Assembly: GCA_002633005.1 (NCBI GenBank)
Contig: NMRA01000002.1
Span: forward strand, 2,202,655-2,266,654
DNA: 64,000 nucleotides
Reading direction: 5' to 3'
DNA from: Phoronis australis
Taxonomy: Eukaryota; Animalia; Phoronida
The notes under the pieces are model-generated. The model was not told the DNA's origin and searched no databases. It saw only the letters and a program-made list of their open reading frames with translations. Shown one piece after another: positions 23,301-38,300 of the stretch (position 1 is the first letter of the stretch; each line of letters begins with the position of its first letter). A program made the position numbers and the translations under genes.

Positions 23301-26300
23301 TCCAGTTGAACGCCAGCCTTCGGATTTTTGAATAACAAAAATGTACCTGTGCTACGAAACTGAAGGATCATTATAGGTCGAAATAAACGAAAAATAATAA
23401 AATGTCCTTACAAACAACTTTGCGGGCCGCCAAACTAATGCATTAATCCAGCAGATGCCGAGACAAAGGCGCCCCAGACTAGAGAAACCCCAGAATCAAA
23501 ATCAAATAAGCCTCCAGTATAGCCACCAAACTGAAAATTACGTATCTTTTAAAAAACATATTTGTTTTAACCTTCGAGTAATCCAGCTAACATTGCCAAG
23601 TTTAGCTGCTGGTGTGGCTGCTCACACAGTTTGATCCAATGTTTACACAGTCGACAACACTTTTGGCTTAGGGAATGCCCAAAAATGACGGGATGTTCTT
23701 GTCGAGATGAATAGCGGCTGTCAGAACTACACACGCCACATCAACACCGTTTCACCATTCTTATCGCACAATTTTTGAGCTATAAGCTAAAATAAGGTTT
23801 ACCGACAACGATGTTGTTTGTCGAGTAATGGCGGCTTGGAAACGCAGACGAATGTGTGTCAAGAATGCTGTGTTCTGTCAGTTAAGCCATTAGTCATAAT
23901 ACTGGCGATTGGTCAATTATACAAGACATGGGGACCTACCTGCTAAAGTTGTTGCCGTCTTGTATACTTTCAGGCAACTCCTTTCCGGTTGTCTCTGGGA
24001 GAATGAGGGAAAGAAGTCCGGCGGTGATAGTAAGTCCTCCAAACACGATTTGCGGCAATGCCACGCCGAAAGGTCCTCCGAGCATTTTGCCCTGTTGTAG
24101 TACAAGTATTTCAATTAACATGTCTTAAGAGACCAAAAGACGGAACTTTGCATACGCGTTTTAAATGCATAGTTAAGGACATTCCTCAACATGCAAATGT
24201 CATCATCATGAAATAGCAGGCCTCAAAAGCAGTTTTCACCCACTTCCTCACAATATCGTTACCTCCATGCACGTATGCATGAGTAGACGCCGACGTTATT
24301 TCCAGGTCGTGAAGCGAGAATCCCATAACAAATTCATAAAGACAATCACACTTGTTGAGCAGATCACTGTCACCCAATACACTATTACAGAGTCAACTGC
24401 ACAACGTACACGTGTTTGAAATCGCAGTGTCCGCCCACGTTGACTACTGGAATTGATTTCTTGAGAGTGGGTGATACATTGCTGGCAAACTTCAGAGCGC
24501 GTCAAGAGTGGTTCAATTTTAAGGTATAGACCTTTTAAATTCACAGGGTTAAATCTTTTGAGTATACTTTAAAGGGAAGAATTAAAATTACAATAGCTGC
24601 ATTATTTTTATCTCTTGTGTTTTTCACGTGCCCTTCAGGTTACAATGCTTCCGACCTGTAAAGTAGTCTTTTAAAGTACATGTACATGAATACCGAGCAA
24701 GTACAAATACACAAAGAAACGGATTTAATCATTTGCGTCATCAATATAAATTGCATTGAAATCTGTGGCAGAGACCATTAAACAGGTTGCCAGGTTTCTA
24801 GAGTCCACATTGAATTTCGAAATCATCATACGAAAACACTGGATCCATCTATAAGATCGGTCGGCAAGATTCTCAGATCAGACAAAACAATTACCGACCA
24901 TCAGTGTACATGTATAAGAAATTCTCAGCATTTTGTACTCACCGAGTCCGCAATTGGAGCGCATACCATACCACCTACACGAGCAAAAGTAGAGCTCAGT
25001 CCCATCAGTCCATTCCTACAAATCGTAGGGAAGATCTCGGCAGACCAGAAGTAAATGATGGCAAATCCAACGGAGGCGCCAAATTTCCCAGTCATTGAGA
25101 GGGCTATCAACCACTCATTGTTTGCTGGAAATAAATGATATAAAATTTTCACAAGCAAAGGTAAGTACTGGAAACGTGCCGGAGATGAAAGAACGTTAGG
25201 ACCTGATAGTACCGTTTTTACACAAAGATCAATGTGGACCGCTCTGTTTTAAAACTTCTCGTGATAAGAAACGCAAAACCAGATTGTTTATATTTGTATG
25301 GCCGGGTTACGCTTGTGGTAGCCAAATCTAAGTTATTCCTCTTTAACTGTACCTACGCTGTATAAGCCAAGTGATTGAGAAAAAAACTTAATGAAGTGAA
25401 CTTTTACTCACAATCAAAGTAAAGAACAACGAAAATGGTGCTGATACATGCGAGACCTCCTAGCACCATATTGCCGGCATGTGGATATTTTCTGCCCAGC
25501 CATTTACATGCAAAGCAGAAAGCATAGGCGGGGAATTCGACGAGTCCAGACAACATGAAGTTGACAAACACATCTCCTCCCAAGTTACCGCTATTCAGAG
25601 ATAACCCGTAGTAGACCATGGAAACCACCATCCTGAAATATTGAAATAGTAAAGATTTAGCTAGTATTCATGTTTGTGCGCGGAGACTTAGGTACTGAAT
25701 TAGTTATTAACTCGTGGAATTCAATTTTGTGCAGATAAAGAGTCAGTCAAGGAACAGTTGAGTTCCTCCGGTGGTTATAATTTAATATAACCATAAACTT
25801 GTTTGATGCAGCCCGAAACAATAACGGAAACTTACTACACGTGAATTCATGCAGACTTAACGCCACAACATGGTACACTCACTGCAAAATAACTTAATGA
25901 AATCTAATCTGCCTGTCTGTACCATAGACATCTTAATACTATAGACCGAGCGCACGCGCTACTGCAGCTGACAACTTGACGCCATATTGGATAGTGCTAC
26001 TAGTCATGTGACACGGTTAATTGCCGCGTAAACAAACGGGGCAAATTACTCTTTTCAAAGCGCGATGTCTAACAAATAAAGAGGCGGAAGAGCGTGATTT
26101 TTTCCAGAAACATAAAAAACTTGCACGGGGTTGAACCTAGTACACCGCTGTTTAGTACTCGTCTTCTTGTTCCAGTAAAAGGTCCAAATAGCGCGAAATT
26201 CGAGCCGCCACCTACACTGTATACTTTAGACTGGGTGCGCGCATGTGATCCTCTGCCTTGCCCCCCCCTAAATCAAAATTCTGGATCCGCCTTTGGAACG

Positions 26301-29300
26301 GATGAGTAATGACGAGACGGGTTTTCAGTGGCGTGAGGTCAAATTTTCAAGGGCTGAAAATTTTTCACATTAAATTTAGACCCTGTGAAAAAACTAGCCG
26401 GGGGCATTTGTCACGGGGTCATTATTTAATGCTACACCGGGTCGGTTGTGTATATTTCTACCCGGTTTCAAGTGGGAAATTCTGTATTTTGGTTATAGGT
26501 CGGATGCGCAATTCAGTCGTACAGGTTTGATATTTTGGTTACTATGCACTTTACTTTTTGCGCAAGTTTTGAGTCACAAAACAAAGAGCTCGTAAGCAAG
26601 CAGTGCAAATCCACAAAATTTCCAACATCAACTTTAACATAAGTACAGATTTTGAAGGGATATGGTTGTTTCAATACATCAGGAGAAATCTGATTTTGGA
26701 ATAGTTATTAAGAAATGAGTTCTTAAAGCAGTATACATGTCAACAGCGAATACATTATTCACTTAGATGTACTGATTTTGACTGCTAGCAAGTAGGTTCG
26801 GGGATGTTACTTTAAGAACAAGTAAAAACTACATATGATTGTCATTAATACCAAATATTTACTTAAATGTAATTAGCAAACAGCAGCATCATTGGATGAC
26901 AGCAGATGGTGATCAATAATTATCTTTTTAATTCATCTTATATGGTCTCAATCTCCAAGACTGATTTGGAAACAACGCATACATGTATAGTCGCTCCGCT
27001 TAAAGTATGGTGACATAACATAAAAACCTAGTTGCAGCACCACTAAACTCTATGGCAGCACCAAAAACCCCATGACTCAATGACAGGACCAAAAAACTTA
27101 ACACTTTGCCCGCATTTCCTGACTGATACCGTAGGGCTCCCAGTGTTTTCCGTTTTCCGTCATTTTTGTCCTGTGGAGCACTTTCCAATATAGCGTCATA
27201 TTGACAACGCGAGGTGCATGTATCTGAGTAGCGCGCGTCTATGGTCTGTACATCCCCGTGAAATTTTTTATGGATTCCGTCTTCGCAGTGATTCCAAACA
27301 GAAGCGTCTTGACTGCAAACAATGGGTACTTCGAATAGGTGAAACTTGCGCATAGGACGAAAAAGAGGTCTTTGAAACTGGCCTTCGAAATTATTTTAAA
27401 TTGTCTTTGATATCAGGTGCCCTGAAGTTTTTGTGGATCCTCTGCAAACACCAGGTTTGGTCACGTGACTTTCGACATGCTGCTTCCGACTTTTGCTTAA
27501 CTTGCTCCAGAAACTAAGTGACTTATCACGTGAGTGTCACCGTTTCTTCAAACTCACCAATTGAAAAAGATAACGAGGCTGCGTATAAGCAGTGTAGGTG
27601 CATGAATGAGCTCCTTCAGAATTTCTATAAGACCCATTGATGGACTCTTCGTGGTCTCTGCAGCTGGCTCTTCGTCGAACATTTTCTCAGGAAGTGTCAC
27701 ACGATTTTCCTGGGACAATTGAAAGGGAAACGCTAATCAATAAACTGTCAGAGCAGATAGACTAAGAGACAATGCTAATGTTTTTACATGTACATGTACA
27801 TGTACGTGGAAGGCTATTGATGGAAAGAATGAGATATCAAAGTTTGGGACGTCATTGTCAACCATTGCTTATGCAGATACAACACTTGGCGCTTACAAAA
27901 CTTGGATTTCTGTGTTCGCAATGTTTACACTTAGAGATGTGTTGTTCACAAAAGTGCTTACCTTGGCTGCGCGGCGTATTATTTCCTCAGCTTCTTCTTT
28001 GCGACCTTGTGCCAGGAGCCAACGCGCTGACTCGGGAACAAAGCTTTAATATCATCAGAAACAACGCTTAAAGTTAATCCAAGACGCCACCGTTTAATGG
28101 CAATAGTTTTCGTATTTTTAAAAAATACATGTATTCAAAGTCCTATTTATTAAAAGTGATAACTATCAAGAAAATATGACTTCTGAGATGTCGTAGTTAA
28201 CTTTCTTGAAGAAAATGAGTTTTTGGAACTTCGTTTGGCTAATATTAACTTAATATGGATTTTGCTTTGTAATTACAATGATATGTTTATGTAACATACT
28301 AAAATTAGTAACCAATCAAATGTCGATATTTTTAAAGAATTAAAAACATAAACTTGAGCGAAGAAGTCGATTAAGAAAGAAGAAAGACAGTTTTTGCACA
28401 CGTACCATACATAACAGAGAAACAGAAAGGACGGAGCGGAATAGGAAAGTTGAAGCCAGGTCCATTCTCTTAGAAGGTATCCGAGACCCGTTAAAACAAG
28501 TATGCCAGAGGCGAAAAAGAACTCTATAACGATCCCAGCAAAAAGTCGCATTGATGGAACCATTAGTTCCATACCTGAAAATGAAAAGATGAGTAGAAAA
28601 GCTAGAGATCTTACGAAAAAATCACCTTTCTGGCAAAGGTGCGTTCTCGCTGTTGGAAATCAGAACTTACAGTTTCGATATGGTGACATTTTATTGACTA
28701 ACGATGTCATTATCAGTATTAAACGGGCTGGGTGATGGTACATGTATTTCAATGTTTCTGAAACACTGCCGTTGCTAAATATGGGCTCAGAGTTTTGACG
28801 TGTTTTGCCTGTAACCGTCGAGGTACAGACTGTAATCGCGACCCCGTGCCGGGATCTTAAAGGTATGGGCGGGTAACTGCTTTCGATGGAGCTTTGATTT
28901 TGAGAAAAAGAATTGTTTTCGGAGGATTTCATCTGCAGCACTGTTGTCTTTTGTCAAATGCATTTTGAGACGGTTGTTGGGTAGTAAACATCCAGTGACA
29001 AATAACTTGGTGATTCGTGAACAATATGGCGGAAACCAACACCGCTTACTTGAGTTCACCACAATTGATGTGAGCATGCTCGTTCGGTACAATTCGCCAT
29101 TTTCACCACAACGTTATAAAGTACATATATAACGTCACACAGAAATGGAGTGACTTTTTATCGGAAGAGTATGGCTGTGAATATAACAGCCATGATGTTT
29201 ACGAGCCAGTAACCCTCCGGCAACGCATTTGAGAACTGAGTGAGAGAGGTTTGCCGTGGATGACATCCTCGGAATTAGCATACGTCTAGCAGGACTACAC

Positions 29301-32300
29301 ACGCTTTGATTTAGCTTACCATATACCGATAAAATATATAGCGGCGGTAGCAGACGCTATGAGCTGTATCATACTCCAGTCACGTAAGCCGTATGCCATG
29401 CCAGAGAGGATCGGGTAGGAAACGGCAAACAGACAAAACCGCACAAGGACCGTGTTTACGCGAACGTTTAAAGCAAATGTCTCCATCACTAAAACAGTAT
29501 GTGATTGCAAATATGTAATGCTTACTACAGCACGTCAAATATAAATTAAGTTTTTAGACTTTCATATTCTTTTTTTAAAACTAAAAAATAAAAAAGCACC
29601 ACATTGACATCTACCGAATAACCAACATTAGTTTGTAAAGGACGAGTTTGCACCATATCTCCCATTATAGACTATTCCGATATCTGTCTCTCCATCTAGC
29701 GTTATTCCGGTGTTGCAATCATTTTTATTGCGCATCCTCTGGGCTGCTATTATTGTCTCATTGTCAAGGTCAAGGTCAGTGTGCACAGTCTTGGACGTCA
29801 CTACATCTGTGCATCTTCACCCTGATAATGTTGTCCTCGTTATTACATGTAAAAGAATTTTTACAATCATTCAGAGTAGCCAACTTACCCACGACGAATG
29901 CTGTCATGAAAATTCCAGAGTTCGATGCACCGACCAAGAAGCGGAGGATGACAAATACAATGTAATTTGGTGAGAATGCACAACCCACACCAGAAGCCCC
30001 TTGAAGGAAAATTGCAATAAGCAGCGTCTTCTTGCGGCCAATCCTAAACAAACATAGAGCCGTTTACCTCGAGGGTACCTAAGGAGTTTTGCTATGAAGT
30101 TTGAAGCACCAAAATAACAATCCACGTATTTTATACACGTTATGGAAATAATATGACCATCTTCTGAGGCTGCTGCAACAGCCGTTTCCTCTGCTACTCC
30201 TACTGCTGCTGCTGCTTCTGCTACTGCTGCTGTTGCTGCTGCTGCAGCTACAGATCCTGACAAGCTAAAGTACTGATTCATGTTGAAGATCGGCTGAGTA
30301 TATCCAAATTTGTATTCTTAAGAGCTATTCCTTTCACAGACTTTTAAGTGCTGCGTAGTGTAATAGAAATTTCCGTCCAGCGTCGCCTGTAGGGTCTATA
30401 ATTATGATGGCGTTTCGATCATTTCACTGTTGAGTTTGGATTAGGAATAGAGGCTCTCATATACCACAGTAAATACTACGATTGATAGGTTCGTACGAGA
30501 GGGAACACGTAACAGCAGAAATTTAGTACATGTATCAAGAACCTAAGCTGCGGTGTGTTCTAATGCTCAATTGGAAATTCAGTGGGCGATTTTAAAGAAA
30601 GGAAAGGGATTTTTTAAGTATCGTTACTGGAGAAAATGATCTTTTATAAATCTGGAGGGGGATGCTATGGTGGGAAAGATAGGAAAATGTTGACAAACCC
30701 TACTTAAGAGATTGTGCCGACCAGTTGGTTGGAAGGACAATATATTGACGACCGAGAGGAAAGTGTTACAAAACTGTCTTAATCCTACAAAAAGTCACCT
30801 GCAAATTGGCTTGATTGAACGCACGACAATAATGAGCCACAATATCAGATCGACTTGGCAGGATGTCTATGTCACTCCGTACTTACGCGTCGGATAAAAG
30901 TCCAAAGCCAAAGGCACCGACTAAGACACCTCCCATGAATATTACCGTGGCGTAGGTTGCTAAAGGGGCATCTTTACAGACAAGATTATACTGAAACACA
31001 AGAATAAATTGTTTCTTATTTGCAGTTCAGAGTTAACGGTGTGGACGCAAGATTACGTAGAACCTTATCATCCACAAATCTGTAAATTCAGCTAAATATG
31101 CTCGAAACTACATGTATAGAGTTTAATTAGGAAAAAAAAAGTAAATTTTCAGATGTTTAACTTGATACCAATCTGCCATTAACAAAAGGAAGAACGATAC
31201 ATTCATACCAGAACGCCAGTATCAATTACAGTTTTCTACATTATCGTTTCGTTTTCGCTTTAAGCAAATTTATTTTTATGAAAGTTATACAAGTCCTATT
31301 TTCTATAGTGTTTCGTGCAAACGTGGAACATTTTAAAAACAGATAGTGACACCATTTGGTGCAGAAACCATATTATCTAAAAGTTTAATATGATTTCGCC
31401 ATTTCTGTGACGTGATGTTTTTGCTGTTTACTTAAAAGTGGATAATTTTCTAACAATCATCGTTCAATAATGTCAGTGGTTACGGTGATGAGGGTGATGG
31501 CAAAGCGATGAGAATTGTGGTTGCTGTGATGCTTGACGATGGTGGTCTCAATGGAGATGTTGGTTTACAGGTATGTACTGATGACGACGAGAACGAGGAC
31601 TACGACAATGACGATAACAATGAAGATGATGTTAGTGAAGATACTGATGATGATTATGATGATGATGATGATGAAGATGATGGCATAAGACACCTACGCC
31701 AGCGGCGATGATAAAGATGAAAAATCTGTCGGTTCTTGTGGTTGTAATGCGGATAGTTTTTAAAATATGGACGGACCACTAGTGATTCAACGATTGTTGA
31801 TGCGATCGGTTATTGTGTGGATGGTGGTGGTTGTGATGACGACGATGGTAGCGACAGAGATGCTGATGATTACGACGACAACGGTGGCAGAGGTCGTGAC
31901 GATTACGATGACGTCAAGATTGGCAATGGTGAGGGTGATGATGTTAATCATGCTGATGAGGAAGAAGGTAGTGGATGGTGGTGTTATCGTTTTTCGGCAG
32001 GTCTAAGTATTGCAAATACTTTAAAGTACCTGTGTTATTATAGTTTCTTGGAACGTCGACTTGTCGTAAACCCAAGCTGAGCATTCTCTTTTATTCAATG
32101 TAATGTTTAGCTTCTCCCACGTTGATCCGTTCGACTTTAGCAAGTCCCACGAAGGTGAAGTCATGTTAACACCAGTGTACACGTGACAAAAGTCGTCTTC
32201 CGGTATGAAGGCTTTAATATAGAGCTCGTGCGTCTTATTAATGGCGTCGAAAGTGTCGCCGTCATATCCCGGAATGGCGCACCTGTGGAATAATAAAGTT

Positions 32301-35300
32301 ATTGGCAAAGAAAAATACTAATATAACCCCAAACAAGGGGTAAGAGCAATTACAGTAAGTAAGGAAGTAAGTAATTTTTTATTGTAGTGGCATGTGCTCA
32401 AATGAATTTAAACAATGAAGACGTTACAAACACTAGGAACACCCAGACCTCCACGGGGCTTATAAGTCACTTCAGATACATGATACAAAAAAGAAAAGAC
32501 AAGTGTACGCACATTGCAAGAGGACCAGAAAGAGAAGGCCGAGGTAAAAGTGATCATAAATAAATATAATTTTTCCTTACTTCAAAAATATTTTTGATGA
32601 AAACTGAAGTTTTTCTAATAACATCTCTTTGCATGATTGTAATTAATTTACTTTCACAGCTTTCTGCACGGAATCGTGGATATTTAATCTCAACTTGACA
32701 ATAAAAGGTGTTTCTGGCATCTAAGAAAAACGGAACCTCAAACAGAAAATGTAGTTCAGTTTCGACCTGACCAGTGTGACAAAGACAGCAAATTCTGTCA
32801 TCAAAATATAGAGAACGAAAACGCCCAACCTCAACCAATAGGTGTAGGATTCCGGTTCTAATTTGAGCAAGAATTGACCTACTAGGCCGAGTTAAGTCTA
32901 AATTCACGTAAGGCTCAACTTCAAAGACATTCTTCATCAAAACATAGGTTCTTAACTTTGGTTTCGAACGGCTTTCAAACAACCACCTATTACATGCTAA
33001 ATCATCCAAAATATTCTTACAGTGAGACAGTTTAACTGAACGTAAGTCATGAAAACAATCCGAAATCCCTAATTCTTCAAAAATGCTCAAGACTTCAGAC
33101 GACCAATTATTAGTACAAGTAGTGTAGTCCCACCAAAATATTCGGTATATTAGTCTATCATCCTCGAAATTAATAATACGATTCCACATTCTCAAAAGCT
33201 CAATTTTCCGCCTAACACTGGGGAATTCCCACCCCATGTCACCCATAACAGCATGATTAGGAGCGAATTTGTGAACGCCCAAGAAAAATCGCGCGGCTCT
33301 ATTCTGAATGACATCATAATCCTGTAGACTAGAGCCGCCCCAGACACCTACGCAATAATCTCTAACAGGCACAACACAAGCATTGAATAATGTAGTGAAC
33401 GTTCTGTACCTCATATTTTTTATTCTTTTTAAATTTATTAATTAAAACGCCCAAAGCTCTTCCGGCAGATTCGGATAGAGTTTTAGCAGTTTCAGAAAAC
33501 TTCAAATGTTTATCTATAATTATTCCTAAAGATTTATATTTGGGTACATATTCTAGGTCTAGTCGACCCAACCGAAATGGATATAAACTACGTGAGACAT
33601 GCTTGGATCTGAAGTGAATAACATTATTTTTTTTCCTGATTGACAATTAGCCTCCATTTAGAGCACCATTTATCAACTATATTCAATAAACCCTGTAAAT
33701 TTTCTTCGCTCTCGGCAAGTACCACTATATCATCAGCATAAAACAAATTTAAAATGAAACATTATCAGCACCGATAGGAATTCCTAAATTTGACTGTTTT
33801 AATTCCTTTGCCAAATCATTACATTAGCACCGGGGTAGCCACCTAACAACAAGATCTCTAGGCTCACAGCCTGCACAAAAAGGCGGACACGGTGTGACAT
33901 GTTTCCTTCAAGTTGGACCTGGATTCGAGTTTAAATTTTAAGACGTTGTTTAATAATTTTCTTAAGGAAGACCAACCAAATTAGTTCATTTTGAACTGTG
34001 AAGGAGCTTCATGCCATGGAGGCTTGCAAAAAGAAAAAGCCCATCGAGTAATAGGGCTACCTAATAGAAGAGAGCACTTTGAAATACACACGAACACGTT
34101 ACACAACCTGGCCAATGAGAAAAATGAGTAGCCTTCTAGTCGAGACAAAGTCAAGTGTTAATTATTCCACTGTTCAGAAGCGATATCGCAGACAAATTTT
34201 CCACCGAGACTGCATCTCAAAGTCAAATTACTTAAAAGGATACCAAATTCTGTTTTGGCCTATTAACATACATTAATGGAGTATGCCACCCGAAAAACAA
34301 TCCATTTTGTATCAATTTAGATCGAATAGTTCTATTCGGTTGCGTTACCTGACATCTGACGGCAGACGGAGGTGTTGAAATTATCCAATGACGTCATTGG
34401 TTTCACACGCAGTCTGTTCAGCAGTTCACAACACGGGTTACTAGTGTCAGCTTATCGCTTGAATTCATCCTTTAACACCAAGAAATCATCAAACTTCGAT
34501 GTAAAACCTTTTAAATTACACCGAGTTCTTATAAAAACGTGTTGTTTTATTTCGCTGTTATGGGTTTACTGGTTTTTCCTACAAAGTTCGGTAGGCCAAT
34601 TTACCAAGGTCCGTAGCAGTAGGTTGGGTTCTGTTCGGAGATAAATTCGAAGTATTCTTCCGTGAAATATAGACAAGAGAACCTAGATCTGTGTTGCATA
34701 GACTTGTGATTTTTGGATTCTAAACCCACAAAACTCTTGTTATCCCGGGCAGTGGCTTGGAACCCGATCAGGCCCGTCGCGGCCGCCGGGACTGGCACGA
34801 ACATAAACCAGCTTGAGTTGGAAACTAAACCTCCAGTCACGAAAAGACTATAATAGTGAGCCAAAGAAATAACGTGCTCGTAATTATTTATGTGAATTAG
34901 TCACGCAACTGAAAATCTACTTACTTGCCGGGAGCCACGAAGTCGGATTCCCCTTCCACAAACCCTCAGGGCAAAGGTTGTACAATAACAATGATTTGAA
35001 TAATGTATTTCTAAATAAAGATTCCCCTAACATGTGACCATAGCATATAAAATCGAGTGATTGTTTCACAACAGCTTTCTGTCAGCAAACTCTGAATTAG
35101 CATGCGCTCACACGGCCTCGGTGCCCGGTCAGTTACCTTTATCGGCGGCATCAAAAGCCGGTAACGCAGTGGTTTATCCATTGCTGGCTTCTCAACTTTT
35201 GCACTCACGAATAATCCAAGGCATTACAAATTGTATCTAATGAAACAGACTTTGTTTCAGTTTTATATAAGCATTGGTTAAAGTGAGAATAATTCATTTT

Positions 35301-38300
35301 GAAACAGAACGCAGAATTATAAACGTTTACATGGCAACTCGCCCGGCGCCAATCCCGACTCAGTCAAGAGCTCATCTGACAAAGACTTCACTGGTCGGAT
35401 CGATAGGTTTCACAGGCCATCAGTTTGAGCCGGAATACACTGATCAAGAAATACTAGAGAGGCGCCTTGAACTTGCATAGGCAACGGAGCGAAATGCCGG
35501 CCACAGACATGGAGATGTTTCACAGCCTCATACTTGCTATTAACAGCGTACCTTGCATTCTTCACTACAGCGAGCCACCTCCTAAACATTTCGGGCTCTC
35601 GATGAAGTCGAAAAAAAAACGATATACCCGCTTTCTTCGCAGCTTCATTGTTCGAACAAGCGGGAACGATACACCGCAATATAGGGGCATTCACTCTGCA
35701 GACAAACGACTGATGTCGCTGCGTCGTTTCTCACCTTCCTCACAGGTTATCGCGACACTTCTCGGCAAGGTGAGGTCGACCGTACAAGAGGCAATGTGAT
35801 TTTAGACCGATAAAGACGGCAAAAAAGACTAATTAAATCGGGTGGCATTCTTTAAATACGTATTTTATATCAAATTCTCTGAAACAAAATACTACTCTGT
35901 AACCCATCGACAAACCTCAAAAGTTTGGGGGAAATTTTGACAACTCCTTCAATATCTACGAAATGGGCAAGCATGACCTCCGCTTTTACCTAATTACACG
36001 TCAACTGTGGGGAAAGAGCACTCATTAAGAACCACAATATCCAATCTCTGACGTAGAGAGTCTGAATTTTTACTGGCCCCTGCTTGTATCGTTCAATATG
36101 GACGCCAATAATGCATAACCATATGACCGATCGAGGGTTGACTTAAATCATCGAAACAGAGTTTATTACCTTTTTAACCGAGACGAATTCTCAAAAGGCT
36201 TAACAATCAACAGAGTCCATGAAATGTCCTCATCAATGTTCACTAAGGAAGAACGTCCAGAAATATGGAACGCCGGTGTGTTCTTTTGAGAACGCTAGCA
36301 TTGCACGCGTTCGTACAGTGAGAGCAATACGGTAATCACTGACAAATGCCTGCATGAATTCGGAAATCGAGGATCGCGCTCTGATCATTGTTCAATGGCA
36401 ACGAAGGATTTCATAGTAGCCAATACTCAGCTCTTAAACAGCGATACCAACTTAAGGGTTGGTTTACCGACTAATTTTAGTCATTGCAAATCAAGATGTT
36501 ATTTTGAGAATGCGTTCATTGGATTCCTCCACACAAGTGCATTGTACGCGTTGATACGCGGCAGTTGAAATCATCACTGGAATAGACCTATCGCAAGCTC
36601 CGCCCCTATGCGACAATCGAACGAGATGTCAGAGGCAAATACACTGTCGCTAAACGACGTTCTTGGTGGAATCGATGAGTGTTTTGCACTATTGCAAAAC
36701 GCCTCGACAGAGACAAGAGGCGACGCTTTTCAATAGAGAATCGTACGTTCATGATATGAGAATTTGTAAAGGTGACGATGAAAAAATAAGTGCTCGAGGA
36801 GGCAGCGAAAATCCGAAGAACCCCTCGGCCTCGGGGCCACCTTCACCTGACAAATGACAAGGCCACTGATACGATATGTTTATGTAAAACTGGGTATGTA
36901 CCTTAAAGTCGAATTATCTGTACGATTCCATAGATTTCATGATCTTTCGAATAAAATCAGTGAAGATTCACCGATATTTTTATTCTGTCGTCTGCTACAT
37001 TTCGCCAAATGAAAAGTAGGTCACAACTGGTGGGACTCCTGGAGTAAAGTAGGTCATAAAAATTCAGATTCATTGCTCAGGTACACACTAATCTCGTCCT
37101 AGGCAAACAGTTAGCTCCTGTAGGTCTAGGGCTGTGTCTAAATCAAATTAATGTCTGGAATTCAGTGGCGGATCTAGGATACCACAGGGGGGGGGCAACG
37201 GCCAGGGATGAAGACCGTTGGACCTCCTGTTCAGAAAATCTATCGGTGGACTAAAAAAACAGGAACACGATTCCGCCAAAATCTGTGGTCTGAGCCCCCC
37301 TCTTAAGCTACCGGTCCTAGTTACTGAACCCAATATTTCCTCACACTTCATGCTCTTGCTGTTTCATTTTGCTTAAGGCAGCCAGGGGGGGGGGTGTTGC
37401 CGCTGCCCCCACCCCCTAAATCCGCCTATGGAATTGTCCGTCTGCGCCATTAAGACATTTAAATTTGGCCTACCTTCTTATGAACTTGGCATTGTTTTGT
37501 AGCTTCATTCCATAAAGGTAGCTTTCATTTAATTTGGAGGTAGCATGATCACTAAGTCGTGGTATGGTGACAAAAGATTACAAGTCTGGTGTGGTATTTG
37601 CAAAAATAAGGTATTTACAAAAATAACTCAAATTCTTTTTTAAAGCTACATAAATCTAAATATCATGTTTGAACAACTTCAAAATGAGATATCTCTAACT
37701 CCGAGTCTACAGATATAGTGTATATTAGAGGTAGACGCCAAAAAGTAATTCAATAGTTTATTTTAGTGACAACAGCTTGACCAAGGCTTTGATTTCCGGC
37801 AGTAATCCACTGCTCTTCCCTGTGCCGATCGAATCTCTGAGTTTTGACCGGGAGAGATGTTCAGTTGAACGCCAGCCTACAAAAATGTACCTCTGATACG
37901 AAACAAAATAATGTCCATTAGGTTGAAATAAATAAAAAAAAACATAAAATAAAAATGTTCTTGAAAACAACAATTTCCGGGGACTATCGCTAGAGTGCTG
38001 AGATTCAGCAGGTGCCGAGAAAAAGGCGGCCATACGTAGGAAACTCGGGAGTCAAAATCTGAGATACGCACCATAGTCACCAAGCTTAAAAGTGCGTATC
38101 TTGGAACTAATATATTTGTGTTTATTATAGCCTTCGAGTTGTCAACCAACATCGCTGAGTTCAGCTGCTCCTGTGGCCGTACAGTTTGATCCATAGTTTA
38201 CGCTTTTCAACATCATTTTTTGGCTTAGGACATGCCAAAAAATGACGGGATATTATTCTGGAGAAGCATAACGGCTGTCGGTGCTACACACGCCATATCA

